A stretch of 64,000 nucleotides of DNA from NCBI GenBank assembly GCA_963662465.1, contig OY759599.1, positions 5,984,001-6,048,000 on the forward strand, in the 5' to 3' direction. The notes beneath the pieces are model-generated. The model was not told the DNA's origin. It worked only from the letters and a program-made list of their open reading frames with translations, and did no database searches. The translations under genes were made by a program, and so were the position numbers. Shown piece by piece: positions 1 to 9,807 of the stretch (the first letter of the stretch is position 1; every line of letters begins with the position of its first letter). This DNA comes from Desulfatiglandales bacterium (lineage in GTDB: Bacteria > Desulfobacterota > DSM-4660 > Desulfatiglandales > Desulfatiglandaceae).

Positions 1-1
1 T

Positions 2-346
2 AGTAATATTACTTATCATTGAACGAATTGAATAAAAGATTCTAATTTTCTGTCGATCCCGTTGTGTTTTTGGAATGCTTTTTTTCCCTTTTATTGGCTT
101 ACAAATATCCCATAATTGACTTATTAACCTACCAAGTTCATCAATAAGAGCAGACAATGTTACATAAAAATATTGCAATGATTGAAACATCTCCCTTTCA
201 TTGATCCATGATCTGATGGCATTAATGCATTTCTCAATTTCAAAGAAAATCTCAGGATACTGTTTTGGATCGTAATAACATTGTCTTGCAAGTCTGTTTT
301 GAGCTTTGTCCAACATTGTCAAAGCTCTCTTAATATTATTAATCAT
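2..346 (-). CDS. AT-rich hypothetical protein, runs off the left edge of the window (MINNIKRALTMLDKAQNRLARQCYYDPKQYPEIFF...)
   Basis: Manual translation: ATG at 346 preceded by AGAGG RBS, 115 codons with no stop to the edge; absent from the ORF track because it is incomplete. Confidence 0.7.
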   Translation of the reverse strand, partial: MINNIKRALTMLDKAQNRLARQCYYDPKQYPEIFFEIEKCINAIRSWINEREMFQSLQYFYVTLSALIDELGRLISQLWDICKPIKGKKSIPKTQRDRQKIRIFYSIRSMISNIT

Positions 347-800
347 GTGCAACCTCTCTAATTTAACATAGACTGTTGCACTATGATTATGCACACTTAT
401 CAAAAAAAGTCCCTAACTTTTTTCCGCTAAGGCGAATTCAGGAAAAAATGTTTGGCCTCACGAAATGCGCTTTGATTAGGATATTGATTCGGAACCGTTT
501 AACAGATGAAATAATTTCAATATGTTAGAGTAAACCCCACAACATTTAGACTTATGCGCTCTTTACATTGTGGGTAAGAAAAACCGCGGTTCAGATGAAT
601 CTCGAAAAAGAATTCAAAAAAAATCCTGCGGGGAACAGCATGGGCACGCCGAGACTTTCACGCATTTCGCATGGCATGGGAAGAGGCACGGCTGCCCGGA
701 GAGAACGTGGCTGTTTGCCCCATTCGGTTGAGGGAGTTCCTCTCCCCGGAGGCGGTTGTGGATGGTGCCGTCAACCAGCGCCTGGCAGAAGCACTTCCTG

Positions 801-914
801 ATTAACACGATTTATGAGGAAGGCGAGTTGTCGCCGGAGGCAACTGTCAAAAAATATTTGACAGTTCGCCAGGAGGGGAATCGTATGGAGGTCGTCATTG
901 AAACTCAAGTTTAA
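801..914 (+). pseudogene. Fragment of a RhuM-family (virulence/DNA-binding) gene
   Basis: Frame reads INTIYEEGELSPEATVKKYLTVRQEGNR, resembling the conserved RhuM segment; no start codon, early stop. Confidence 0.6.
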
Positions 915-1023
915 AAAACAGGCCTATCAGACACGCGCCGTTGAAGTGACAAAAAACATGGCGGAAGGCATTGAATTTCACCTTACGGCGATCAAGGATG
1001 TCTTATTCGTACGCTTATCATGA
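898..1023 (+). pseudogene. Truncated N-terminus of a type III restriction enzyme Res subunit
   Basis: GGAGG RBS then TTG, reading MKLKFKKQAYQTRAVEV as in typical Res N-termini; stops after 41 aa. Confidence 0.5.
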
Positions 1024-1044
1024 AAATACATCTCAAGAGGCTCC

Positions 1045-1098
1045 ACTGTGAGAGAGGCTTGCAGCCTCGACTATCGCGGCGAGACGCCGCTCCCACAG
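1045..1098. repeat. REP/REPIN-like palindromic doublet
   Basis: CTGTGAGAGAGGCTTGCAGCCTCG...CGCGGCGAGACGCCGCTCCCACAG: two small hairpins inside inverted CTGTG/CACAG ends. Confidence 0.55.
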
Positions 1099-1206
1099 CG
1101 CCATTTTCATCTACGGAGGTGACAAACCCCCTTGTCATGAGCGTTTGCCATAAAAATCTTCTGGGGAAAAAACAAACTTTTCCAATCCCACGTAAGGTCG
1201 CGAGCC

Positions 1207-1239
1207 AAAAAAAATGCCGGATTGGGGAAATCCGGCATT
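1207..1239 (-). terminator. Rho-independent terminator downstream of tRNA-Pro(GGG)
   Basis: AATGCCGGATT/AATCCGGCATT stem followed by a T-run on the minus strand. Confidence 0.75.
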
Positions 1240-1260
1240 ATGGTAACTCATTGATTTTTA

Positions 1261-1337
1261 TGGTCGGGACGCGGAGATTTGAACTCCGGACCCCCTGAAC
1301 CCCATTCAGGTGCGCTACCAGACTGCGCTACGTCCCG
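1261..1337 (-). tRNA. tRNA-Pro(GGG)
   Basis: Reverse complement CGGGACGTAGCGCAGTCTGGTAGCGCACCTGAATGGGGTTCAGG...GTTCAAATCTCCGCGTCCCGACCA; cloverleaf, anticodon GGG, encoded CCA. Confidence 0.97.
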
Positions 1338-1417
1338 ATAAAACGTGATTATCATATTTCCTTTCTATTTTGTCAAGAAATAAATTCATTGAATCATTCG
1401 ACATCGCCAAATTCTTG

Positions 1418-2116
1418 TCAGGGCTTGGGTTTCAGCCAGAGCCGAAATAGATTTCCGAACTTATAGATTCCCTCATGGACCAGGTTGAACCGGCTTTCCC
1501 TCATGTCCGTACAGGTTACGGGAATCTCTTGAAGCCTGTGTCCGTCCTGAAAGGCCCTGGCTGCAATGGCAACCACATAGAAGGTATCATTGTCGATATG
1601 GTGAAAGTATCTCTTGAGCAGATTCTTTCGATATCCCTTTGCCGCAATGGAATAATCATGAAAATCAATTCGAAGCAACCGTCTCGCCAGGCGAATAAAG
1701 AGATTGCTGGCCATTTTTCGGGACCAGGACCGCTGTTGTTCTCCCGTGATTTTGCTGCCGATGACCATATCCGAATGATCCAGCAGCCGGTAAGCCGCGG
1801 GAATAAAATCAAGACTGATGGAAAGGTCCATGTCCACGGTGATAATCCGGTCATAGGCGGCCATCCTGATCCCTTCCCTGAAGGCTCGTCCTACCCCCCT
1901 TGACGCCAGGTGAAAAAAACGTACCGAATCATACCGTCTGCTCAGTTCCTCCAGCAGATTCACGGTGCTGTCATTGGACCCGTTGCTGCCGATGATCACC
2001 TCATAAGGCAGGTCCAGGGAATCCAGGAAAGCCAGCAAATGCACGGTATTTTTCATCAGCAGGTCTTGCTCGTTGTACACGGGGATAAAAATGGTAACGC
2101 CTGATTTTGATATCAT
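1418..2116 (-). CDS. Family 2 glycosyltransferase (polyprenol-phosphate glycosyltransferase-like)
   Basis: IPVYNE, NGSNDST and DMD motifs. Confidence 0.9.
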   Translation of the reverse strand: MISKSGVTIFIPVYNEQDLLMKNTVHLLAFLDSLDLPYEVIIGSNGSNDSTVNLLEELSRRYDSVRFFHLASRGVGRAFREGIRMAAYDRIITVDMDLSISLDFIPAAYRLLDHSDMVIGSKITGEQQRSWSRKMASNLFIRLARRLLRIDFHDYSIAAKGYRKNLLKRYFHHIDNDTFYVVAIAARAFQDGHRLQEIPVTCTDMRESRFNLVHEGIYKFGNLFRLWLKPKP

Positions 2117-4764
2117 GGCCGGGCCATCTCCTGTAACCGGTCCTTTGAATACTTCGCCCAGGCGCTGTCCGGGAACTGATCGATGGCTTTTCGGAACTGA
2201 ACACGAGCTTCTTCTATATCACCCTGGTTCAGGCAGCACAACCCCATGTGGTAGAGAACCTCCGAAGCCCGACCCGTCTCCGGATAGGTCTCCAAAAGCC
2301 ATTTGAGCCAGTGGCGGGTTTGTTGCCAGTTCTTTTCCCGATAATAGCACATGGCATAGTGGTATGCCGCCTGGTCCACGATGAGGGTTTGGGGAAATTC
2401 CGCCATCACCTGCTGAAAATAACCCCTGGCCCCATCATAATCCTCTTTGGTAAACGCCTGGATGCCCTGGTTATAGGGAAGTACCGGGAACCTTGGCGAC
2501 AATCGGACCAGGAAATAAACCGCCGAAACGGCTGCCAGTCCCAGCCCCAGACAGATTGTTTTATAGGCATATCGGTCGAACCCCTTCGAAAATCGGTTTC
2601 GGATGACGCCAATCCAGGGGTACAGAACCAGAAACAGGATGCCCAGGATGGAGAGACCCACTCCCAGATCGTCCGGCCGGCTTCGTCCATAGTAAAGCCG
2701 CACTCTGCTGTTTTGAGGATAGACCAGCATAAATGCCGGGGATGCCAGGTAGACCTGGTCCGCGCCTTCCACTTTCCAATTGGGGTGATAGGATACCTTG
2801 ATCAACAGGGGTTTCCCGGGTGAGGCATTCTCAATGATAATTTCCTCTTCTCCAATTACCTCTCGGATGGCATCGACCTGACCCGCCGGCATTTTTGGAA
2901 ACAGAGGCGTCTTGGGAAGCGTTCTCACATCAGGATCCGCTAAGACATGAAACCGGGTATGGTCTTCCGGATCAACCGTGTCCTTGAAAACCAGTGGTAC
3001 GGAAAGATCCCCCATGCGAAACCACTGGTAGGATAATTTGCGCCAGTCTTTTGTTGAGACCATTACGGGTCGTTGTAACACCGGTTCCACATATTTGCCG
3101 GAATTGCCCATCACCCGGTGAACTTCGTAAGGCCCGGACCGGAAGGCAAAATCAAACAGGGGGGATTTTGTAGCTGTCCTGATGGTCTCGGGTTCCACGA
3201 GGATGACCTCGCCCACGTTGAAGAGCTTCAAATGCTCATGGGCCTTTTTCAAGTTAAAGCGTGAATAGTTGTAATCGGGAATGGGGGTGGAAGGTTGTTG
3301 AGAAATCTCCGATTGCAGATAAAAGATAAAGGGAACCGAGAGACTGCCCTGGATATAGACCCCTTCCAGGGTGGACCTGCCTGAAAAAAGCGGCAGGTTT
3401 TCAAAGGCTCTCACCGTGCCCGCCCCCTGGTGGCGCATGGAATGTTCATAAACGACCCGGGGATCTTTCTTATCCCCCTTCAAAAAGCGGTTGATGGCGT
3501 TAAAAGGCTTCCACAGTGGTTTGGCTTCAAAACCGGCGTAGTTGGATCGCGCCCAGTTTCTGGAAATGGTTTCCCGACCATCCACCCACAAAAAGGTCAG
3601 AACCAGAACCACCAGGGCCACAAGAATCTTATAAGTGCTGGGAATTTTCAGGGTCCGGGGAATGGGAAATAGCGCCCATAAAATGGCGCCTGCAATGACC
3701 GGAAAAAATTGAAAAAAGGGAAGGAACCGGATATCCACAAGACCGATCCGGTACCCGATAAAGTACAGGGCCAGGCCGGAAAAGGCGATAAACCAAACAT
3801 AGGCCCAGGGTTTCGGCAGCACGCCCGGTCGGGCCCCATTGGGTGTGAAAAACATCCACACAGTGCCGGCGAGTGCGCAAACCATAAACGGATAAAGGAT
3901 AACCGGTAGAACCTCCCGCTGAATTTGATCCCAGCCAAAGAAAATCCACAAAATACTGAACCGGGTGGTATAGGGCAGAAAGGCCAGAAGCGGAATCAAC
4001 CAGAACCCCATGAGACAAAACGCCAGGGTGTGTATCAACAGCAAGCGTTTCAGGTTCTGTTTAAACCGCGTTCGGGTCATCAGAAAAAAAAGAGAAGCGA
4101 AAAGGACACAAAGAAGGGTGTAGCCGTGGCATAGACCCACCAGGGCCAGCACAATGGCACACATCTGAATACCGATATTTTCCGACATGGCCCGATACAA
4201 CAACCCCAGCCATAAAACTGCCAGGGAAAACCCGATGCTGTAACAAAATGTTCCGGCCAGAGTGCTGGGAATATTGCCCCCCCACATGGAATTTCCTTCC
4301 ATAAACAAAAACGGTAAAGCGAACAGGGCGCCCGTAATGGGAATGGGAAACGGCTGTTTAAGGAGCCGAAAGAAGAGATACGTACAGGAGGGAAGAAGGA
4401 AAATGCCCAAGACGGTTACCAGTTTAAAGGCAATCTGCAAGGGAATCACCCACGACAGCACTGACATGATTAAAAAGGGCAGCGGGAAATAGTTCTGGAG
4501 GATGGGAAAACCCGCCAGGCTTCCCTGGCACCATCCTGAAATTTTGCCTTTCGGAAGAAGACTGTCCTTGAGATACTGGGCCGTGTAATAATGGGAGCCG
4601 GTATCCCCACCGGTGGTGATGGTTTTTGAAAAAAGAAATGCCGGCTCAAAATAGCAGAGAAGAAACGCAAAAACAGCGCCCATCATCAGCAGATCAACAA
4701 CAATGGTTTTGCTGGCGCTGTTTTCTTTTTTGATGATAATTTCCATTATTTCAAACCCATCCAC
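2113..4764 (-). CDS. Multi-TM membrane protein (6-pyruvoyl-tetrahydropterin-synthase-related / GT-C-like) with C-terminal TPRs; start may be 4746
   Basis: TGGDTGSH motif after TM1, many TM helices, C-terminal YbgF-like TPRs; overlaps the GT2 start. Confidence 0.75.
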   Translation of the reverse strand: MDGFEIMEIIIKKENSASKTIVVDLLMMGAVFAFLLCYFEPAFLFSKTITTGGDTGSHYYTAQYLKDSLLPKGKISGWCQGSLAGFPILQNYFPLPFLIMSVLSWVIPLQIAFKLVTVLGIFLLPSCTYLFFRLLKQPFPIPITGALFALPFLFMEGNSMWGGNIPSTLAGTFCYSIGFSLAVLWLGLLYRAMSENIGIQMCAIVLALVGLCHGYTLLCVLFASLFFLMTRTRFKQNLKRLLLIHTLAFCLMGFWLIPLLAFLPYTTRFSILWIFFGWDQIQREVLPVILYPFMVCALAGTVWMFFTPNGARPGVLPKPWAYVWFIAFSGLALYFIGYRIGLVDIRFLPFFQFFPVIAGAILWALFPIPRTLKIPSTYKILVALVVLVLTFLWVDGRETISRNWARSNYAGFEAKPLWKPFNAINRFLKGDKKDPRVVYEHSMRHQGAGTVRAFENLPLFSGRSTLEGVYIQGSLSVPFIFYLQSEISQQPSTPIPDYNYSRFNLKKAHEHLKLFNVGEVILVEPETIRTATKSPLFDFAFRSGPYEVHRVMGNSGKYVEPVLQRPVMVSTKDWRKLSYQWFRMGDLSVPLVFKDTVDPEDHTRFHVLADPDVRTLPKTPLFPKMPAGQVDAIREVIGEEEIIIENASPGKPLLIKVSYHPNWKVEGADQVYLASPAFMLVYPQNSRVRLYYGRSRPDDLGVGLSILGILFLVLYPWIGVIRNRFSKGFDRYAYKTICLGLGLAAVSAVYFLVRLSPRFPVLPYNQGIQAFTKEDYDGARGYFQQVMAEFPQTLIVDQAAYHYAMCYYREKNWQQTRHWLKWLLETYPETGRASEVLYHMGLCCLNQGDIEEARVQFRKAIDQFPDSAWAKYSKDRLQEMARP

Positions 4765-4992
4765 AAGGTCTCGGCACTGACAGTGAAAGTGAACGAACAG
4801 ACGCTCCGCCAGAGCGTAAGCGGCAAAAGCCTATCTATGCATGCCGCCCATGTCAATAAAAAGGATTGAGATGTTGAAAATGAGAATGGCGGGTGGCAAA
4901 AAAAGAGGTTGCGGCAAACCCTCAAAAATAGCTAAACTGATAAGTTGTATCCAAAACCGATCCTCATTTCGCGATAATCGCTGGAGAAACAT

Positions 4993-5160
4993 ATGAAAGC
5001 CGATATTTTTTTTATCAATGGGCAAGTGGTCAATGTTTACTCAGGAGAAATCCTGCCCCACAATGCGCCGGTTTCAGGTGAAAAAATTTGCTATGTGGGA
5101 CCCTCAAAAGCGTTGATGGGTCCCGGAACCCGGGTGAAGGATGAAAAGATAATTTTATAA
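4993..5160 (+). pseudogene. N-terminal remnant of an adenine deaminase/amidohydrolase gene
   Basis: GGAG RBS, MKADIFFINGQVVNVYSGEILPHNAPVSGEKICYVGPSKALMGPGTRVKD, stop at 55 aa before the metal-binding motif. Confidence 0.6.
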
Positions 5161-5181
5161 TCAAATCAAGGAGTCCGACCA

Positions 5182-6012
5182 ATGGAAAACCAACCGTTAA
5201 ATGCGCAATCAGTCACCTATGACACAAAAGACCATATCGGAACCATTACCCTCAACCGGCCCGAAAAACGAAACGCCTTGAACCCCCATGTGTGGGAAGC
5301 CCTGGACCGGGCCATCGGCATGGCGGAAGCGGATCCCGACGCCAGGGTTGTCATGGTTCGGGGCAAGGGAAAATCCTTTTGCGCCGGGTTGGACTTGAGC
5401 CCGGAAAACGAACTCTTTTCCGCATTCAACAAACCGGCCGATGCCGCCCAAAAGGTATGGTTTTTTAAAGAAGTCAGCAAAGTTCAAAATATCCACACCC
5501 GACTGGAAAAGCTTTCAAAACCCACCATTGCGGTGATTCAAGGCCATTGCCTGGGAGCGGGGCTTGAATTGGCCCTGTGCTGCGACATCCGCATTTGTGA
5601 AAAGGGATCTTCCTTTGCCCTGCCCGAATCCAAACTGGGCATCATAACGGATGTGGGAGGCCTTCAGCGATTGCCGGAGGTTGTGGGAAAGGGGCACGCC
5701 AGGGAAATTGCATTTCGAGGAAACCGGTTCGACGGTTACAAGGCCCAACGTATTCAGTTGGTGAACGATGCTTATGATAACCCCGAGATCCTAGACCAAA
5801 AGGCCATGGAAATGGCGGTGGAAATCGCCGGCAATCCACCTTTGGCCGTCCAGGGGACCAAAGAGGTCATGTGTTTTGATGAGGAAGCAAGTCTTTTAGA
5901 ATCCCTTCATTACAATGCGGCCCGCTCCAGCATGATCATTCCATCGCAGGATCTCTTTGAAGCAATTTCAGCTTATATGCAGAAACGTAAAGGCAACTTC
6001 AAAGGCGCCTGA
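5182..6012 (+). CDS. Enoyl-CoA hydratase/isomerase (crotonase family)
   Basis: LNRPEKRNAL, FCAGLDL, GAGLELALCCDIR, PESKLG. Confidence 0.93.
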   Translation: MENQPLNAQSVTYDTKDHIGTITLNRPEKRNALNPHVWEALDRAIGMAEADPDARVVMVRGKGKSFCAGLDLSPENELFSAFNKPADAAQKVWFFKEVSKVQNIHTRLEKLSKPTIAVIQGHCLGAGLELALCCDIRICEKGSSFALPESKLGIITDVGGLQRLPEVVGKGHAREIAFRGNRFDGYKAQRIQLVNDAYDNPEILDQKAMEMAVEIAGNPPLAVQGTKEVMCFDEEASLLESLHYNAARSSMIIPSQDLFEAISAYMQKRKGNFKGA

Positions 6013-6115
6013 TCAGAATTTTCATTTTGATTTTTTTATCGTCTTTTCCTATAAGGGTTAGGATTTTTATAGCCGCCCGTTGACGTCAAATTTGTTTTTT
6101 TTAAGCGAGGATCAT

Positions 6116-7432
6116 ATGAAGCAGATTAATGTTGGGATCATTGGATTTGGGACCGTGGGTGCGGGAACGTTTGAGGTGCTGACCACCAACCGGGAGATTA
6201 TCACAAACCGGGTAGGCGCCCAGGTGGTGGTTCGAAAAATCGCGGATCTCGATATCGAGACGGATCGGGGAATTCCTGAAAAACCAGGTAAGCATATTTT
6301 AACCACCGATGCCATGGACATTCTTCTTGACCCCGAAATCCATATCGTTGTCGAACTGATGGGCGGCCTTGAAAAGGCCCGGGAGTTCATTCTAAAAGCC
6401 ATGGAACAAGGCAAGCATGTGGTCACAGCCAACAAAGCCCTGCTGGCGGAATTTGGTTCCGAAATCTATGGCGCGGCCGAACGTTATGGGGTCAGTCTCG
6501 CTTTTGAGGCCAGTGTGGGCGGGGGTATTCCCATCATCGGCGCTTTGAAAACCGGACTTTCCGGAAACCGGATTCAAACCTGTATGGGTATCCTGAATGG
6601 CACCTCAAACTATATCCTCACCAAAATGGCAAGAGAAAACCTTTCCTTTGAACGCGCCGTAAAGGAGGCCGTGGATTTGGGCTTTGCGGAAGATCCACCG
6701 ACCCTGGACATTGACGGCACCGATGCGGCCCACAAACTGGCCATTATGATCTCAATCGCCTTTGGCAGCGCCATCGATTTTGACCATGTATTTCGAGAGG
6801 GAATTACGGCCATAACGCCGGATGATATCCGGTTCGCCCGGGAATTCGGATACCATATCAAGCTCCTGGCCATTGCCAAAGACCTCGGCAATCAAGTGGA
6901 AGCCCGTGTCCACCCGGTGATGATTCCTAAAAATCATATCCTGGCCAATGTTCATGAGGCCTTTAACGCTATTTTCCTTGAAGGGGATTTTGTAGGCCCC
7001 ACCCTCTATTATGGCCTGGGGGCCGGCCGAAGACCCACCGGCAGCGCCGTGGTCTCAGACATCATATCCCTGGCCAGGGATATGGTTATGGAAAAGCAAG
7101 GCATGGTTCCACCCTTAGCCCATGTGAAACCGCCGGAAAAGGCCGTTGTGATTCAACCCATGGATGCGTTAGTGACGTCCTATTATTTCAGGGTTTCCGC
7201 CCTTGACACCCCTGGGGTTTTATCAAACATCTCAGGGATTCTAGCCCAAAACGGCATCAGCATATCCTCTGTCATTCAGAAGGGTCGGGACGAAAAAGGT
7301 TCCGTTCCCATTGTCATGCTGACCCATGAAGCACGGGAAAGCCAGGCGCAAAAGGCGATCCAATTGATTGACAATCTCGATGTGGTAACCCATAAGACCG
7401 TGATTATTCGTGTGGAAGGAAACGACCGATGA
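6116..7432 (+). CDS. hom: Homoserine dehydrogenase with C-terminal ACT domain
   Basis: GFGTVG, VTANKAL, FEASVGGGIP, GILNGTSNYIL; ATG 6116 after GAGG. Confidence 0.96.
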   Translation: MKQINVGIIGFGTVGAGTFEVLTTNREIITNRVGAQVVVRKIADLDIETDRGIPEKPGKHILTTDAMDILLDPEIHIVVELMGGLEKAREFILKAMEQGKHVVTANKALLAEFGSEIYGAAERYGVSLAFEASVGGGIPIIGALKTGLSGNRIQTCMGILNGTSNYILTKMARENLSFERAVKEAVDLGFAEDPPTLDIDGTDAAHKLAIMISIAFGSAIDFDHVFREGITAITPDDIRFAREFGYHIKLLAIAKDLGNQVEARVHPVMIPKNHILANVHEAFNAIFLEGDFVGPTLYYGLGAGRRPTGSAVVSDIISLARDMVMEKQGMVPPLAHVKPPEKAVVIQPMDALVTSYYFRVSALDTPGVLSNISGILAQNGISISSVIQKGRDEKGSVPIVMLTHEARESQAQKAIQLIDNLDVVTHKTVIIRVEGNDR

Positions 7433-8655
7433 CAAACGAGAAGAAAAGCAAGACCAAATATATTCTCCTGGTAGGCGACGGCATGGGGGATTACCCATTG
7501 CCCCAACTGGATGGTAAAACGCCTCTGGAGGCAGCTCGCACCCCCAATATGGACCGTATTGCCGCCTGCGGAATCGGGCTCGCCAATACCATTCCCGACG
7601 GTCTTGAACCGGGGAGCGATACGGCCAACCTGTCCCTCATGGGCTATGATCCCGCCACGTACCATACGGGGAGAGGCCCCTTTGAAGCGGCCAGCATGGG
7701 CGTGGCACTGGGGGAAAATGAGGTGGCTTTTCGAATGAACCTGGTCGCACTGAACCGAAGATCAGACCGGGAAATCATCATGGTGAGCAACAGCGCCGGG
7801 GGCATCACCACCGAAGAGGCCGGACTTCTGGTGGAGGACCTGAAAAAAAGAATGGTCGTGCCGGGGGTACGCCTTTACCCAGGTGTTGCCTACCGACACC
7901 TTCTGGTATGGGATGGCGGCGATGAAGACGCCGAAACCATTCCGCCTCACGATGTTCAGGACCAGAACATGGCAAGTTACCTGAATCCTGAACGTCAAGA
8001 TCCCATCGTAGACCTTACGCGACTCTCGTGGCCCTTTCTGGAAGGGCACCCCACTAATTTGATTCGCAAAAAGAAAGGGCTGCTTCCGGGCAACTCCATC
8101 TGGTTATGGGGACAGGGAAAGGCGTTGAACGTCCCGAAGTTCAAAGATAAATTCGGTCTTTCGGGCGCGGTCATTTCCGCGGTGGATCTCCTGAAAGGCA
8201 TCGGCGTTTATGCCGGACTCAGAACCATTGAGGTGGAAGGCGCCACCGGGTATCTGGATACCAATTATGCCGGAAAAGCCGAAGAGGCCTTAAAGGCCCT
8301 TGACGATTTGGATTTCATGTTCGTTCACGTGGAGGCGCCTGATGAGGCCGGCCACGAAGGGAATATCCCAGGGAAAATTCAAGCCATCGAAGCCTTCGAT
8401 GAAAAAGTGGTGGGGAACATTCTGAAAGGACTGGAAAAATTTGAAGATTATCGCATTCTGGTGGCGGCCGATCATTTCACCCCCATCTCCAAGAAAACCC
8501 ATACCAGTGACCCCACCCTGTTTGCATGGGCAAACAAACAGGAACTGGCCAAAGGAAAATCAGGCATCGGATTCACGGAACGCTTTGCCCGGAAATCAGG
8601 ACTTCATTTCAAGAAAGGACATGAACTCATGCCCACATTTCTAGGACAATCTTAA
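7429..8655 (+). CDS. apgM: Cofactor-independent phosphoglycerate mutase family protein (hom-linked type, proposed homoserine kinase)
   Basis: VGDGMGD, GKTPLEAA, PGSDTANL, HVEAPDEAGH, DHFTP; coupled to hom. Confidence 0.9.
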   Translation: MTNEKKSKTKYILLVGDGMGDYPLPQLDGKTPLEAARTPNMDRIAACGIGLANTIPDGLEPGSDTANLSLMGYDPATYHTGRGPFEAASMGVALGENEVAFRMNLVALNRRSDREIIMVSNSAGGITTEEAGLLVEDLKKRMVVPGVRLYPGVAYRHLLVWDGGDEDAETIPPHDVQDQNMASYLNPERQDPIVDLTRLSWPFLEGHPTNLIRKKKGLLPGNSIWLWGQGKALNVPKFKDKFGLSGAVISAVDLLKGIGVYAGLRTIEVEGATGYLDTNYAGKAEEALKALDDLDFMFVHVEAPDEAGHEGNIPGKIQAIEAFDEKVVGNILKGLEKFEDYRILVAADHFTPISKKTHTSDPTLFAWANKQELAKGKSGIGFTERFARKSGLHFKKGHELMPTFLGQS

Positions 8656-8734
8656 GGAACGACTGCGAATCCCTTGACAGGCGCAATGGTTTTGACCTAT
8701 TTTCGGAAAAAAATAAAATGAAGGAGAAAAAAGC

Positions 8735-9421
8735 ATGAAAATACTGTTTTTCGGACCCAATGGCAGCGGCAAAGGCACCCAGGGCGCCATCGTAAAAGAC
8801 AAATACGGCATTCCTCACATTGAAACGGGCGTTATCTTCAGGGATAACATCGGCCGGGGAACCGACCTGGGAAAAGAGGCCAAGGGCTACATCGACAGGG
8901 GGGAACTGGTTCCCGACAGCATCACCATCCCCATGATCCTGGACCGGCTGAAGGAAGCGGACTGCAAGAACGGTTGGCTTCTGGACGGCTTCCCCCGCAA
9001 TCTCACCCAGGCCCAGGAGTTGGATAAGGCGCTGAAAGAGGCGGGCATCACCCTGGATATCGTCATCGACATGAAACTGGACCGGCAGATTGCCAAAGAC
9101 CGCATCATGGGTCGCAGGCTTTGCGTCAACGACAACAACCATCCCAACAATATCTTTATCGACGCCATCAAACCCAAAGACGACAAATGCCGGGTCTGCG
9201 GCGGGGAGCTGAAAACCCGCAGCGACGACCAGGACGAAGCCGCCATCGATCAGCGTCACAACATTTATTATGACACGGAAACGGGCACCACGGCCGGATT
9301 GCTGTTTTATAAAGAGGTTTCGGCGAAAAACAACGGCGTCCCCAGAATTATTGATCTGGAGGGCAAAAACGCTCTGCCGGAAGTATCCGCAGATTTGATG
9401 GGCAAACTGGACCAGGTGTAA
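8735..9421 (+). CDS. adk: Adenylate kinase with metal-binding LID (C-x5-H-x15-C-x2-C, sulfate-reducer type)
   Basis: GPNGSGKGT, LDGFPR, CVNDNNH...CRVC. Confidence 0.96.
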   Translation: MKILFFGPNGSGKGTQGAIVKDKYGIPHIETGVIFRDNIGRGTDLGKEAKGYIDRGELVPDSITIPMILDRLKEADCKNGWLLDGFPRNLTQAQELDKALKEAGITLDIVIDMKLDRQIAKDRIMGRRLCVNDNNHPNNIFIDAIKPKDDKCRVCGGELKTRSDDQDEAAIDQRHNIYYDTETGTTAGLLFYKEVSAKNNGVPRIIDLEGKNALPEVSADLMGKLDQV

Positions 9422-9454
9422 GCAAGTACCTAAAATTAGAACCTGAACTCAAAA

Positions 9455-9624
9455 AAGGGAACATGGCGGTGTCATGTTCCCTTTTTCTTCCATTCGATTG
9501 CAAAACCGTGCTGATCCGTTTTTTCTATTATCGTACCTGAGCCTGATCCGGCTCGGAGAGCGGCGCCATTCCCAGTATCCGCGCAATAACCTGACCTTTC
9601 TGGGAAAAGACAAAATCAATAAAA
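9455..9624. repeat. Copy 1 of a ~170-bp imperfect direct repeat (terminator hairpin plus orphan 3' end of the PstS-like gene)
   Basis: Aligns with 11699-11869, about 21 differences by manual count; minus strand 9623-9528 encodes FIDFVFSQKGQVIARILGMAPLSEPDQAQVR*. Confidence 0.92.
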
Positions 9625-9807
9625 TTATTTTTGTGAAAACACGTCATTTTTATCCCGATGGTTACAATATTTGAGAAAAGACTTGATCATCGAATAACAA
9701 GGGAGTATGACTCAATAAGGAAAGGGGGTGATAGGAAAAAAATAAGGTTGGAGGGACAAGCGGGAAGAAAAGAGACGTCCGGTTTAAAACTGTAAGGAGC
9801 AAGGAGA

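Noticed and set aside
1020..1298. ORFs 1020-1298 and 43221-43469
   Set aside because: They run antisense into tRNA genes or across repeats and have no protein features.
9630..9648. Rex operator upstream of the cytochrome gene (TTGTGAAAACACGTCAT)
   Set aside because: Only the left half-site matches the palindrome.
9474..9674. Similar short ORFs 9474-9674 and 11707-11949 as a paralogous gene pair
   Set aside because: They are antisense readings of the direct repeat; the meaningful frame is the minus-strand PstS-like tail.
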